Source of the DNA: Pocillopora damicornis
Lineage: Eukaryota
Length of the DNA stretch: 64,000 bases
Reading direction: 5' to 3'
Assembly: GCF_003704095.1 (NCBI RefSeq)
Contig: NW_020844418.1
Coordinates: 1 to 64,000 of the forward strand
A program made the translations under genes and the position numbers. Each line of letters begins with the position of its first letter. The first letter of the stretch is position 1. Below, piece after piece: positions 37,090 to 50,190 of the stretch. The notes beneath the pieces were generated by a model. The model worked only from the letters and a program-made list of their open reading frames with translations. It had not been told where the DNA came from and did no database searches.

Positions 37090-39935
37090 TTTCAGCTGAG
37101 AGCAGGCTTTGAAATATTTGAATAAAGGGGGTAAGTTTCTAAAGAAAATGTGGTGCTGCATTGGTGGGTAGTATAACAAGAGAACTTGGTTTTGTCAACA
37201 GAAATAAATAAAATAAAAACTATTACTCCAGATTTCAATTCTGCTTGTTATAAATGGTGTGAACTACTCTGTAGATAATGTACTCCTGAGTTCTTTTCCT
37301 GGGCCTCAAGCCATAGTCCAGTGTTACAAAGACATGGATGTCTGAATAATACACTGATATTTGGAATGAATTTTTTCGTTCTTTCTCAACAGCATTACAA
37401 AGCAAGTTTAACAACAACCTTTAACCTGTACCCAGAAGCCAAGTTCATGATCATTCTAGAGGAAGATTTAGATGTGTCAACAGATATCTTCTGGTACTTT
37501 TACCAGTTATTACCGTTGCTAGAACAGGACGAGAGTTTATATTGTATATCGGCCTGGAATGATCAGGTATGGCGTGAGACAAAAATATCACAATACAATG
37601 ACCAACGTCCAGCTCGTTATCACGTTGGTTCACCACACGCACTCGTCTGTGAAAGAGGCTCGCGGTTCAAAACGATTTAGCATGCTTCCACAGTTAAGCG
37701 TTTCAGTCAGAGTCATAAATTTGCATGTTAAAAGAATTTATCCAGATTCCGCCAGAAAAGGAACATACTATTGTGCTTCAAAGAAAAAAGTTAGAGATTT
37801 TAGTGCGAGCTTGTTATATTTGATGGGGCGAAGTTGTCGTAAGGGAGCGAGATAGAAGAGGCGAACTTGCAAGGGGATGAAACTTCCGTATACCTTTGCT
37901 CAACATAACCGAGCTAATTGTTGTGAAATTGAAGAACACTCTATGTGTTTGATAAATTTCAACCAGATTTATAAACATAACCCTTTTTTGTTTCTTCAGG
38001 GTTATGAGCATACTGTTGGTGATCCGTCCCTTTTGTATCGAATAGAGACTATGCCTGGACTTGGCTGGTGAGTTGTTCAGTAGGACAAAATGTAGAATCA
38101 CNNNNNNNNNNNNNNNNNNNNNNNNNNNNNNNNNNNNNNNNNNNNNNNNNNNNNNNNNNNNNNNNNNNNNNNNNNNNNNNNNNNNNNNNNNNTGGCTTTT
38201 TCGCCCTGAACCAAGGTATTTTTACCCTGTGTCTTAACTGCTGTTATGAAACTAAAATGCACTGAGTTTACTTACGTTATTTCCATCGACGTAAGAAGAA
38301 TTATCTATTAAATACATGTTAATGCCGAGCACTAACGCAGGACGCAGAAGAAGAAGCAAAGAGGAGTAAAATGAGACTAATTTTAAGCATGGATTACTTA
38401 TGCGACGTCACAGTGTGAGTCGAAAGTCTTCCACCTGCTGGCGGGGTTAAATTCGGCTCAAGAGCAACTTCATAAGAGCCATTAGCAAAGAACTTGACAG
38501 GGGTGGGGGAGGTTTGTTGCTGGACGATAGAGTCACAAGCGTATGGCCGATTTGGGCGTTTTGTTAGCAAATCGTGAAAAGCTTAAAGCGCAAAGGCATT
38601 TAAAACATGTTCAAGCCAGCACAAGCGACTTTCGAAAGGACAATGTAATAATGAAGTAGATGTACAGAAAGCACATCAAACGCTAGTTATTAAAATGAAC
38701 CCAAATTATCAGTAGTCCCAGGAAGATGTCTGAAGGCAGGCTGAAGTTGAATTGACTTTGAATCGACGTGAAATCACCATCTACCAGAATTTGGTCCTGT
38801 CCGCTACTTTCCTCGCTTTCCTCTATATTTCTGCATATAAACACGAACAACTCTATTCGCTCTAACGTCAGCTTTGGAAACTCTGCTCGGTGGACAATTT
38901 ACATCATCAGCTCATTTGATGAAACCAAATTGTCTTTCCTCACTGCGCGATCGAATTAAAAAGAAAAAGCTTTTTCTCAACTGGAAATATTGAGCCCTTT
39001 TCTTTTTATCTTAAAGGGTGCTAAAACGAAAGTTATACAAAGAGGAACTGGAACCCAAGTGGCCAACACCAGACAAGTTCTGGGACTGGGATATGTGGAT
39101 GAGACTCCCTGAGATCAGACTGGACAGGGAGTGTATAATTCCTGATATTTCCCGCACATATCACTTTGGATCCAAAGGTCTCAACATGCACCCGTATTTC
39201 CAAGAAATGTATTTTAAAAAGCATGCACTGAACACCGAGTCAAATGTCAAGTTTGACGTGGAAAAAATGAAGAAGGATAATTACGAGATTGAGATCGAGC
39301 GTTTAATTAGGTGAGTCTTACTCCTAGGTTGCTTTTGAATTGTTATGGAAATTGTGTTTCACTTTAAGGTATTACTTCTTCGTCGTATTCTTTCTTGCCT
39401 TGGAGACTATGGTTCCCGTCAGTTTCCTAAGGCCTCCCTCACTGTCACCGCTCCACCACCCCCCCCCCTCTCCATCCTCCTCTTTTGCTCTCCGTCTTTA
39501 GTGCCCACCTTCCCCCGGATTAACATGAATTACATTGTCTAAAAGCTTCGTCGGAAATTTCAAAGAGAGTTACGCGTCTCTTATCTTAAACTTATGTATT
39601 ACTCTGCCTTTTGTTTACACAGCTCTTCAAGTACTCTCGATCATTCCAAGAACCCTTGCACAAGCGAGGAGTTTGTTCCAGAACAGAAAGGCAAAAACTT
39701 TATATTTTACATCAAAATGGATCATCCCACGGATTGGATCACTTGGAGCGCTTTGGCAAAGTGTCTAAAGATATGGGACTTGGATGTGAGAGGTTTTCAC
39801 AAGAGTATGTGGCGGTTATGGATCAAAGGAAATCATGTATTAATTGTGGGATGTCCTGCCTCACCGTATTGTCATCATAAACCATCAAATGTGACTCCTA
39901 TCTTTATACCAAAAAAGGAAAACGAGCAGTCGTAG
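32769..39935 (+). CDS. POMGNT1: POMGNT1 paralog B; most similar to vertebrate POMGNT1, likely the true ortholog; 9 coding exons
   Basis: Exons 32769-33048, 33524-33597, 35024-35203, 36007-36313, 36496-36764, 37393-37566, 38000-38067, 39017-39310, 39623-39935. Retains human-like [81 protein letters not shown]. Confidence 0.95.
34713..34917. mobile_element. piggyBac-like MITE in a POMGNT1-B intron, adjacent to a related decayed copy at ~34505-34700
   Basis: TTAA|CCCTGTAACTCCCA...TGGGAGTTAAAGGG|TTAA. Confidence 0.7.
36849..37040. repeat. Near-perfect ~190-bp palindrome (Penelope-like terminal repeat) with a hammerhead-like motif on each arm
   Basis: gcaggtaattta...ctgacgtttcgagcgttagcccttcgtcag ag ctgacgaagtgctaacactcgaaacgtcag...taaattacctgc, centre at 36944/36945. 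Degenerate copy at ~30430-30640. Confidence 0.8.
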
Positions 39936-42900
39936 TATTGGTACGGCGGTTTTCGAACAAGGGGAGTTCTGCGTCGGTGTTGCCCTGTCTGTTCGGTTAG
40001 TGGATGAATTCCAAGGGTCATGTCTCCTTCGTCCAATCAGAGTAAAGTTCAATGACTTTTCCCGCGTTCAGCGCTGGTTTTTCAGCGTGAAGTTGTGCGC
40101 CGGTGATTAGTTTCGTGAGGCCTTAGTTTTTGTGACGTACAGTCTTAAGGAAATCGCGCGAAATAAAATGGTTATTCGTGGATTGGTAGCTTTATTTAAT
40201 TATTTTTTTACTGCTTTCAGGAAGTGATCAAGAACCTCGTTTTTCCGTATTTGAAAATGATCGTCAGAGATTGTTTCATTGAAGTTTGTTCTCAACAATA
40301 TTCCAATACATTTTTAAATTTCTTATTCTCCATTTTGAATACTAGGAGTCCAAACTCTTTAAAATTCGACGGGACTCAGAATCGGAAGCTTGCGAGTCAG
40401 TGCTGTCCATTGTATCCAAATTTTTCCACAGATCGTCACTGAGTTAGCTAACGCTTTAAAGACAACGTGCTTAATAAAAACTACTGATAAATAGGTTGTG
40501 GTGATTTGTTTGACTTTTGTTATTCTGTGTTTTGTTTTGTTTTTTTTTTTTTTTGTCACGCAACATTTTTGCTTACTATAAGTAAGGGCTGCGTTATACC
40601 ACAGGATTTTTTTCTTTTTGGGTCAGACTTAACTAAACCCGCTGCCTCGAACTGGCAGATAATTGTATAACGCCAGCTTGGGTGATACTACTGATAGTTT
40701 TATTAGCCCTTAGATCAGTAGAAGATATTTAGCATCTGATTTCCCTTCACAATTTCACTGCTGATTAGAGAACATGAAAGCTTCTCAAATCACCAATTTA
40801 AGAAACTTCTGATTGTGAAATAAGTTTTCTTTGTCTGCGCCATAAGGAATCATAGAGAACAGTATGAAGAATATGCTTGTTATGGTATCAAGGGTCAACC
40901 TTGAGAGGCCCCGAAGTGGTGTTATCATAGACAGGATTACCTTGTCACGAGGCTCTCTTTGAAAAGTAGGGTAGAAAAGGGGGTCCTGGGAACTAAGTTA
41001 GGTTAGGTGAGCTATGATTGGCCTGACCAGACCAGCGTGACATAATCCAAATGCGATGAATCACGGCAATTCGAGGGCTTAAAGATTTGAGGAAGTAGAA
41101 CTGTTGTGTTCCTTGAATCCGAGTAATAACAAAGAATGAATGCCCGCTTTTACTTTCGCCAAAGCTATGACTATAAATTGTCTATGTACTGTCAGGATGG
41201 ACTCCTAGTACTCTGGGTTTCTTCGATCAAAAGACAAGTTTGTCGCAAGTCACAGATGGATTTCAAGCTTTGACATCTCGGCGGCAGAAAACCCTGACCT
41301 GGTGGGTTTTGGTGAGTTTGTTCATCAAAGAGAAGACATGTGAATGACAAGCCGGGAGGAATATTGACCTCTTAAAAAGTTTAGGTGAACTGGTACTTAG
41401 TAAATTTTATATGAGACAAAATGCGCCTTGTTACGTTTTTTTTAAACTCGATCAGTCTCCTCCCCTCCCCCATTACAAGTTAAATGTTCTTCCCCAAGCC
41501 CTCCCCTAGCCTCACCTCAGCTCACTGTGATGTCACGGGTGTCACGAGCCTTTCTGATTAACTCGATTCCAGGCTCTTTACCGAGGTGCGATGGTTTGAG
41601 GGCGTTTACTGAGGTTAAGAAAAGAATACTGCTTGCTTACCTAAGCAAAGGTAAATAATTAAGCATCGTTATGCGGATGACATCAAGCGACCCTTTCTAA
41701 GATCGTAGTCTGTGCTTAAGGTACTGAGAACTTTTGTTGTTGTTTTTTTCGACATCTTTAAGATTTTGTTATTATTCAAGATGGCGGCAGTTAGTTGGGG
41801 TATCTTTGAATCATGTTAAAATGAGCTCAGAAGATAGGTTTGGTCACTCAGATGGGGAACTCTAGCTAATTAAATGTTAGTGTTGGAATCTTCAGCTCGG
41901 TTGCCAGGATGAACAAGACAAAACCTTTCAAGTTTCGTCCGTTAAGGCGATCGGTGTCAGTCAGCTGATGTGTTCATACGAAAAATTTTCAGACAGTTCG
42001 GGATCGAGATTCTGGTCGCAGTAAATGCAAATTCGTGCTGAAATACACACCCTATCAGATGAGCACCGTTAGATTTTCCATAAGGAAAGGGTGATGAGGC
42101 GAGATGTGAAAGACGCAGCCTGACTAGCCTCAAGCCAGGCTTGTGAGGAACTCGAGGCCTTGATATTACTGACATATATACTAACCACTTAACATTCAAT
42201 GGACTTAGAACTAAGCTGAACACTATTAATTGTCTGTCAGAGAAGTTAACTCAAATGTAACAGTTTAACCTTTAAGGAAGAATAATTAAGGGTTTTTTTA
42301 AATGTGAAACATTGTAAGTCAAAGAATTCTTGAGCACTCTCGAAGAAATTATCGAGGTCAGCGGTGTATTAGTATCTAAGTCTGCAAACACTGCACGCAT
42401 TTGTTCAACGCGGTGGCGTAAACTATATGACGCAAGAGTTATTGACGTCACCTAACATCTCCATGCTAGGAGATTTTAGTATGCACGATAACTTGATTGA
42501 ACATTCGAGAAACAACTTGATCGAAGCAAAAATTTCTACAAGTCATTTTCCAAATATCAACGTTTTCATCCTTGGGCAATGCAACATTTCCTCACTTTAA
42601 CGTGATCTTAAGAATGTCATGTATCCTTTTTGATACTGAATCTTCCTAAATTTCAACTTTTTTTTCAAAATCATTTACTAAGTAAATAAGTCAAAATTTT
42701 TCAATTATGGTAACCACTACCACCTTCGAAAGTGCTAAAATGTCTTACGCACTCATTGTTTGCTGCTTTTAGAGAGACAATCATCTGCTCAAAATGGAAA
42801 TATTTTTCCATTAGTATTAGTAATAGTATACCGCAGCTGGTTATTTCAAAAGACTTCCTTTAGTGAAAAAAAGACAACTTCCTTGGGGTTAATGCACGAA

Positions 42901-43776
42901 GTAACACAAATTAAAGATCTGATTTTCTCCTATAAAATCGTGAATGATCGATGTAATCTTGAAAGAAACTGGGTGGTACCCAGACAATTATTTTCACTTT
43001 GAAGTCACAAATCTCTTTAATGATGTACTGATGTCTAAAACATTGCTTATCTTCGAATTATTGGTACAATTCTGATGTATGTGTTTTTTTTTTTTTTTAA
43101 ATAAGCCTCAGTTTATGAAACTCTACGGTGAACTCAACGAAATTTCTTTTTCTGGAGTTGCTCACCAGTCAAAAAACGAAACCAGTAGCGGGTGAAAGAG
43201 GAAATTTTCTTGGAACTGAACCTTGTGGAGGTCACACAGGGCTAAAAACAGAACAATATTCAATTTTATTCCGAGGAAGTAATAGCGAAAGTAACCGTTT
43301 CGAGAAAGACGGGAAGTTAAATTACTATAAGAAAAAAGTGTCTCCGGTGTCGCTTGTTCCTCCTTAAAGAATAATTCACATTGTATTTATGGACTTTATC
43401 CAACACAAATTATATATACATCTTTTCAATTCACTCTCAAAAGAACGATGATATTGGATTGATGGGAGCTTTTTATAGATTTAAATTTACAGTTTGGAAA
43501 GCGACCAGTGTGATGGCCACACTTCCACGAATTCGTAAATCTTCGATAACTTATCGAGTCCTGTGCAATTGACCATAAATGCACGTTTTAGATACCTATA
43601 CATTTGAATTCTGTGATGTGATAATGTTTATATACTGAGAGAAGGAAGATATTTTCACTCCAAGAGCGCAGCCGTTAACAGTCAGGCAAACTCGATTGCT
43701 TCAACGCCAAAATAAGGAAGCGAAAATTCAGAAAATATTGCATAACTCAATCAAAATACTTCGTTCCATATACCTA

Positions 43777-44355
43777 TTAGACTGGGTAAGGATACTTCGA
43801 CAAGTAAAATTTCACAGTGTGTGGAATCCTCTTTGCGTCTTCGTTGGATCCACCAGCCAAAAGTTGGTTGTTAAGCGCTCTACGACATAAATGTTGGAGA
43901 CTGGCAACTTCCTTATACAGCGGACGCCACAGAAAAAACTTGGCAGTTGCTGTCGTTTCGAGTTCATCTAACGAGCTTCTTCCTCTCGCTTGTAAAATCT
44001 TTCTTGTCACTATCATATAATAAAGAACCATCTTTACGGCGCAGTCAAACTTTGGAGGACCACTATGATGGAATTTCGTGTTTGTATTTGTCTTCGATGT
44101 GTCCTTTTTGTCCAGAGAAAATAGACCTTCTGAAAATACGATTCTGACATTTGTAATCCCAACCGCAGTGACTAAACTTATAGTAAATAAATGCCGCGAG
44201 TCAGAACTGTCGCGAACAAGAAACGTCCCAATCGCCTGATCTCGAAGAACAGCTTTCGCTTTGATTCCACTTATGGCTCCCCAATAAAAGCCACTATTCT
44301 CCAATCTTTTGACAGCAACCTCTAGCGAAGAAACAGCGTGTATATCAGCAGTCAT
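43777..44355 (-). CDS. Suppressor of cytokine signalling, SOCS1/2/3/CISH group (SH2 + SOCS box), single coding exon, 192 aa
   Basis: AVKRLENSGFYWG, GTFLVRDSSDSRHLFTISL and PKFDCAVKMVLYY (SOCS3-like SH2); SOCS box VASLQHLCRRALN...IPHTVKFYLSKYPYPV. In-frame stop just upstream of the ATG. Confidence 0.93.
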   Translation of the reverse strand: MTADIHAVSSLEVAVKRLENSGFYWGAISGIKAKAVLRDQAIGTFLVRDSSDSRHLFTISLVTAVGITNVRIVFSEGLFSLDKKDTSKTNTNTKFHHSGPPKFDCAVKMVLYYMIVTRKILQARGRSSLDELETTATAKFFLWRPLYKEVASLQHLCRRALNNQLLAGGSNEDAKRIPHTVKFYLSKYPYPV

Positions 44356-44533
44356 CGATTTCGCAAACGACTATAGTAACTCTGAGTCCTGACGCTTAGC
44401 TCGTTACAACACCGACTGATCTTCATGTTCCTTGTGACCCATAATTTTGTTATCGTCAATTCCCTGAATCTGCTACCATGGTTCCACAGTCTGAGTATCT
44501 TAAATATGTATTTCGTAAGTAACATAGTTGGCG

Positions 44534-44743
44534 TATTTATATCTGAACGATCATTCAAGACGCATTTCCGGGAAAAGAAAACCGTGTAGTCACAATTACG
44601 AATTCGTAGAATTGAACCGGAAGTTTAAAGCAATACGATTTTCTAGGAAAAGAAGCAACCAAAATCGAGCGTAAACATGCATTTTGGCGTTTAAGATCTA
44701 ACCAAGTGATCTCGTGAAGGGGAAAACCTTATTTTCCATAGAA
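44534..44743 (-). promoter_or_regulatory. Putative SOCS promoter: TATA box plus clustered STAT (GAS), ETS and kB-like sites
   Basis: TATAAATA (minus, 44534-44541); TTCCGGGAA 44566-44574; TTCGTAGAA 44603-44611; ACCGGAAGT 44616-44624; TTCTAGGAA 44641-44649; GGGGAAAACC 44719-44728; TTCCATAGAA 44734-44743. Confidence 0.7.
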
Positions 44744-46174
44744 CGTAAGACTGTGCACGTTTTTTTGGGTAACACCACGCGGATGGAAACGGAGATATCG
44801 CCCTCTTACACCGGAACACTTTAGAATAGTTCATGTCTATTGTTATTCTCGATCATTGTTTTAAAAACTGACCTGCTTATTTCAGCGAAACTGCAACAAA
44901 TCTGCAAAGGAAACAGCTCGCTACCTTTTAGAAGGTTAGAGAACGATATCTCACCATTAAGTTGAAAATTAGTTCTGAGGAGATGCTCAGAAAAGCTAAA
45001 AGTTACTGATTCTCAAAAGAAAAATTGATTGACTTAGACGAGTTTGAGCAGAGTCTCAAAGGCTTCCTATTGTCCCAATATTTACCTGTCTTTCTGTGTG
45101 AATAAAACAAAATTTAGTCCAGAAATTGCACATTAGGCCTCGTAGTGAATCGGTAAAATAATTTGCTTTATTACTGTTGAGGTCAGTTTTCTTTGAGCTT
45201 TGGGCGAAAGCTGCAATAATCTCAAAAGTTTGCAATGTACGTTAATTGTTGAAATACCGGAAGTACTTCTTAAGAGGAACACGTACGGTTAACAAAAATT
45301 ATGCTCCAGCGAAAAATCCTAAGCTTTTTTCGTGTGTAAAGATCTTTGCTAGTAGAGACAGTTGCATCGAAATCATTGTACAAACGAACTATATCACTAT
45401 ATCACGTATGGAAGGAAGTGAAGAGTTCACCTTTCCTAGAAGCTCTTAAGAAGATCATATTGCCTTTAAATTTTTATCCCTCCGTTCAGTGAGGATAAAT
45501 ACCAATTGTCCTAACCTTTACCACAATATGAAATATTTCCCAAATTTTATTCGGCAATTAGTGTTATGGCTGATTTAGACATAAAAATCTCTCGACTTCG
45601 AGTATCCTTTCACCATAACATGTAGACTATTTGACTGAACTGGCATAACTGGTAATCATATAAGTTTGTTGTAAGAGAAACGTTTTGTGGACGTTGCAAA
45701 TAAGACTGAGCAGGGGTACCTCGTGGAGATAATGCATCACACTCTTATCCTTACCCCCCTCTTGAAGGGATGTTGACATTTGTTTCTAAGAAATAGGAGC
45801 AATACTCAGAAATTGTCGGAAATAAGTGTTGATTGCAGATGAACCATGAACTGAATGGCTGACGAAAATTTTGTTTTCAACGATACAGCAAATAATACAA
45901 AATGATTTCAAAATTTGTACCAAGGAATTTTTACCTTACTGCCTTATGCCTTCGGCTTGATTTATTCCTTCCGTTGATACACCTCTTTTGATTTCAGCAA
46001 AATAGCCTCAGGTTGAGGAATAGTAATTTCTCAAACTCAATAATAATTCATGCTGAGAAAACAAAGGAAATTACAACTGTGAAGGAGGTTTGGATATGTG
46101 AACTTAATTATCATAAAATTTGGTGAACTTTTGTTTTGATTTTCTCCAAGAATTATGAATGGTTTGAGAAGCTA

Positions 46175-46313
46175 TATCAAACATTCGAAAGGGTGTTTCA
46201 TCCGATATCCAAATACCTTGAAGTTGGTTTAAAAAAACTTGGCTGCGCCTCGTTTTTTCAACCGCTTCTTGGTGTTTGGATATCGGATGAAACACTCTTC
46301 CTCGTGTTTGATA
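46175..46313. repeat. Hairpin-forming interspersed repeat
   Basis: tatatcaaaca..gtgtttcatccgatatccaaa(t)acc and ggtgtttggatatcggatgaaacac..tgtttgatata form inverted arms. Confidence 0.65.
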
Positions 46314-47981
46314 TATTACTTAAAAACATGTGCGATCGAGGTCTTGTGAGGTTTCGAACCTCTAATCGCCAACAATCTCCAAAGTTACGTATAAATAGGT
46401 GGGGCATGAAATCGCGATTGATTGGACTTTAAACTCTCAGACGAGCTTCAGCAGAATGTTCCTTTCAGTCCTACGCTTAGCACAAAAGTTCGAGCCAAAA
46501 GCTTCTTTACTCGAGAACTCAGCCCAAAATTTACAATCTAGAATTCAATCTTAATTAAGCGTCTCTCAAGTCTCTGTTGCTTTTGATGAATAAATTTTCC
46601 AAAATGTTTCGTAGTGTTCATACTGAAATGTTTGCACTGTATTTCTGTCTTACTATCAGATTGCAGTGACACAATGAAGAATTTATTTTCCTGTTAGAAC
46701 TCTTTCGGTCTTGAAGCGACATGTGTATAAAAAAAGGTCTTCATCAGAATAACCACGGGTACCATCGAAATTGAAACCCGTTATTCTTGGCTGAAAAAAA
46801 AGGAGTTAAAATTGTTTGGTCTGATTTAAAATTTGCGAGTAGCTATTTCAGATCCTCCTGCGTTTGACTTTGATTAGATTGAGAATATTTTGCAGGGAAA
46901 ATAAACACTACTTCCACTCTCTGGCAATTTTAGAGTAGAATGTCGTATTAATTGTTACATCACAGCTTCATTTTCCAAATTTTAAAATACCAACTTCTTA
47001 ATCAGAAACAAATATTTCAGTCTCCGTGATAGAGCGAGTAGCTTTCTAAGTTATCAGACATGAGACGCCGTCAGTAATTTCGGGCACGGTGGAGGTAACT
47101 TTGCGAAATGCTGAGTAGTTTTAAAAGCGAAATATTTTGTGTTCGTAGTTTCTACGACAAAGAACAACGGAACACAACATCAGTCCTTACAATTTTCGTT
47201 TCATATAAACTTGACTCAATAATTGCTTTTGTAATCGTGGTTAAAACCTACGGGTCCTGTTTTTGGTTTCTAGGAATCGAGAATAAAACGACTTCCGCGA
47301 AATTTCTTGTTGATTTTCTCGGAAAATGACCATGACAATCTGATGCAAGAGCAAACTTTTCCTTTTTTAGCACCAGCTGTCACAGCAAAATTTATGAATG
47401 AAAAACAGCGTGACGGCTTTTCAAGTTTTCCAAGAAAGAGCGTCCACGCCGAAATGAACCGCATGAGGAATTTTATCATAATGGGAAATCTATTGTTTTT
47501 TTAATACGCTAGTGTGTATATAGCCCATTTGGTCTCTTTTCATTTTCTATTCAGAACTCAAAGTTGTGGCGTTTAATTGAGTTTTTATTTTTGAAAACCA
47601 ACGATGGCTGACTCCTTACTTCACTTTACGCCATCCCCACCCCCCACCCCCACCTTACCTTATCTATGCAATATCTCGGGCTGTTTACATAACACCTTAA
47701 TCTTCTCTACCGCTTTTTCTCGGAATCTTTTATGCTGTCGACAAGAGAATTATTGATTGACGGATTGTTGAAATAACCAATAAGAGTGTGCGAGGCTGTT
47801 TGAGAGCAGAAGTCAAGCAAAACGTTTGAAGGCCAGCTGTTCAAGGTTCGTAATCGGAGCTGACTGATTTGTCATATCGCCTGGTCGGTGAATTTTCTAT
47901 CGATGGCTCTATTGCCATCTGATAATTCTTTTTCAACTAAATAGTAAATAAAAAGAAAAAAACATATATTAGTCGATATGA

Positions 47982-50190
47982 CTTCAAGATGGCGGCGGTA
48001 GCGAAACGAGCAGGCAGGTTCGTTCTTCCATCGGTAACATCACCTAAACTTGTCAACTTGATACTTGCTCTATTGCGGCTATTTTGATATGACTTTGAAA
48101 TGGTTCACCTATACAGCACAGAAAGCATGATTGTTCAGCTCCAGAAGCTCCAGAAGTTCCAGAAGCCTTTATTCGCTGTTCTTAAAAACAATACCATGAT
48201 AGTATTCACAGATCTGCGAATTTCACTTCTAAAGGTTCTTTAAACCCAAAGTTCTTTAATATTCAAATTTCACTGCGTCTTGTGCCATCAACCCTTTTTT
48301 TTCGTTCGGTAATGTTAAACTAAATCCCGGAATGACTGGCAGGACCAACACCAATGAGCGATCTAACACGAAAACTCCGAAGCGCCGTGAAGACAATTTC
48401 ACAATAGCTCACTTGAATGCTCGCTCTGTACTACCAAGAACAGGGACCACTTCGCCCTCATCAAGGACTATGTCATTGCGAATAAGTTTGACATCTTTAC
48501 CGTTAGCGAGACTTGGCTGGATATTGAGATCGAAATCCCGGGTTATACCATCTTTGGTCTTGATCGTCCAAACAAAGTTGGAGGCGGCGTGTGTGCCTTT
48601 GTGAAAAATAATCTCATGGCGATCTGTCACTGATCACTGAATCTGGCCTTTACCTATCATGGCTCAAAGTCCAGGCAGGAAACTGCAATTCATTCCTGAT
48701 ATGCACGGCTTATAGGCCTCCTTCCACGACTACAGACTACTTTCATACGGATTTTAGTGATGTTATTTCTGCTATGTCACTAAATAAACCTATTTTTATC
48801 CTAGGCGACCTGAACTGCAACCTACTAAAGTCATCCGATCCTGCATCACAAGCTCTCATCAACGTCTGTTCCTCACATAATTTAACTCAATTGACAAATC
48901 TGCCGACAAGGATCACTGAGTCACCTGCAACTTTGATAGACGTCATCCTCGAGTTGAATAAAAACCTAGTAAGAGATACAAAGGTCATACCTGTTTCTAG
49001 TAGTGACCACAATTTAGTTTTTGCTGTTCTTAAACTTCGGCGACAACGTCCTACGGCCGGTATGTATAACGACCTGGGTTTCAAGGATTATAACACCAGG
49101 CTTTTCTCCACGATATATCTTAAGTCCCTTGGTCTGACGTCGACCGTTTCGACGACATCGAAGATAGCCTTTATGCCTTCAATCTTTTATTCAAGGAAGT
49201 CCTGGATGAACACGCACCTGGAAAAACGATCAAATTACGGAGCCGACCAAACCTGTATTTTACGGACGAGATAAGAGAACCTATGAAAATAAGGGACTAT
49301 TGACGGAAGTTGGCAAGAAGGACCGGCGATCCAGACGCTTGGATCGAATACAGGAATCTTAAACACGAAGTTAAGAGGGGGATTAGACAGGCAGAACGCG
49401 AGTCCATGGCAGATCAAGTAAAGAGAAATCCCAAAAATTCTGGTCGCGGAAGTCGCCAAATGCTCTCCAAACTCCCTGACGTACGTTTATCGTTGTTGGG
49501 GAAAGATCTTACTATAAACCGATAAAGATCTTGGCGTTACATTTGATCCGAACCTCAATTTTTACGATCACATCCATAAAACTGTTGCGTCTTGTATGTC
49601 CAGCCTTGCTCGAATCAGTCGTGTTAAGCATATGTGTGATAGAAATACTCTAATGACAATAATTAATACCCTCGTATTTAGTAAACTGTTTTATTGTTCA
49701 TTCGTTTGGTCGAATGCAGCAACTGCACATCTACTTAAGCTTCAAGCTATACAGAACTTCGCCATCCGGATCATCAGCAGCACCAGGAAGTTCGATAACG
49801 TGAGCCAGATCTTAAAAGATTTACACTTTCTTCCAGTCAAATCGCAGCTATAATATGGCGATGCCGTACTTGCATTCAAATGTCTGGTTTAACATTCAAC
49901 ACTAGAAATTCTCACATTCTTAACATTCCTCGTTTTAAGAGCGCTACAGGACAGTTTCGTTATGGAACGATTTAGACAATACTTTTACATTATGTGACTC
50001 TGTTTTTATCTGTAAAAGAAATTAAGAAATAAACTCTTACGTGAAATTTTAACGTCTTAACATATTGTAATTTTTTATTGTAATTTTATAGCGATCGTAT
50101 TGTAGATTTATCCTATATATTTTAATTTTAGATGATTAACGCCGAAAACCCTCCTGGGGAGTGTTAACAAAGTTTGTATTGCATTGTATC
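47982..50190 (+). mobile_element. Degenerate non-LTR retrotransposon (L2/CR1-like), with the RT core internally deleted
   Basis: Frameshifted AP-endonuclease motifs AHLNARS, SETWL, DR..GGGVC, VYRPP, LGDLNCN, PTRIT and SDHNLV. Then RT C-terminal KDLGVTFD..LNFYDHI, LFYCSFVWSN and LQAIQNFAIRII. 3' end gaaaaccctcctggggagtg followed by a tgtattg-like tail. Confidence 0.85.

Noticed and set aside
40960-42480. CCAAT, YY1-like and CRE-like motifs suggesting a hidden promoter or gene
   Set aside because: No supportable ORF or splice structure; short motifs alone are insufficient.
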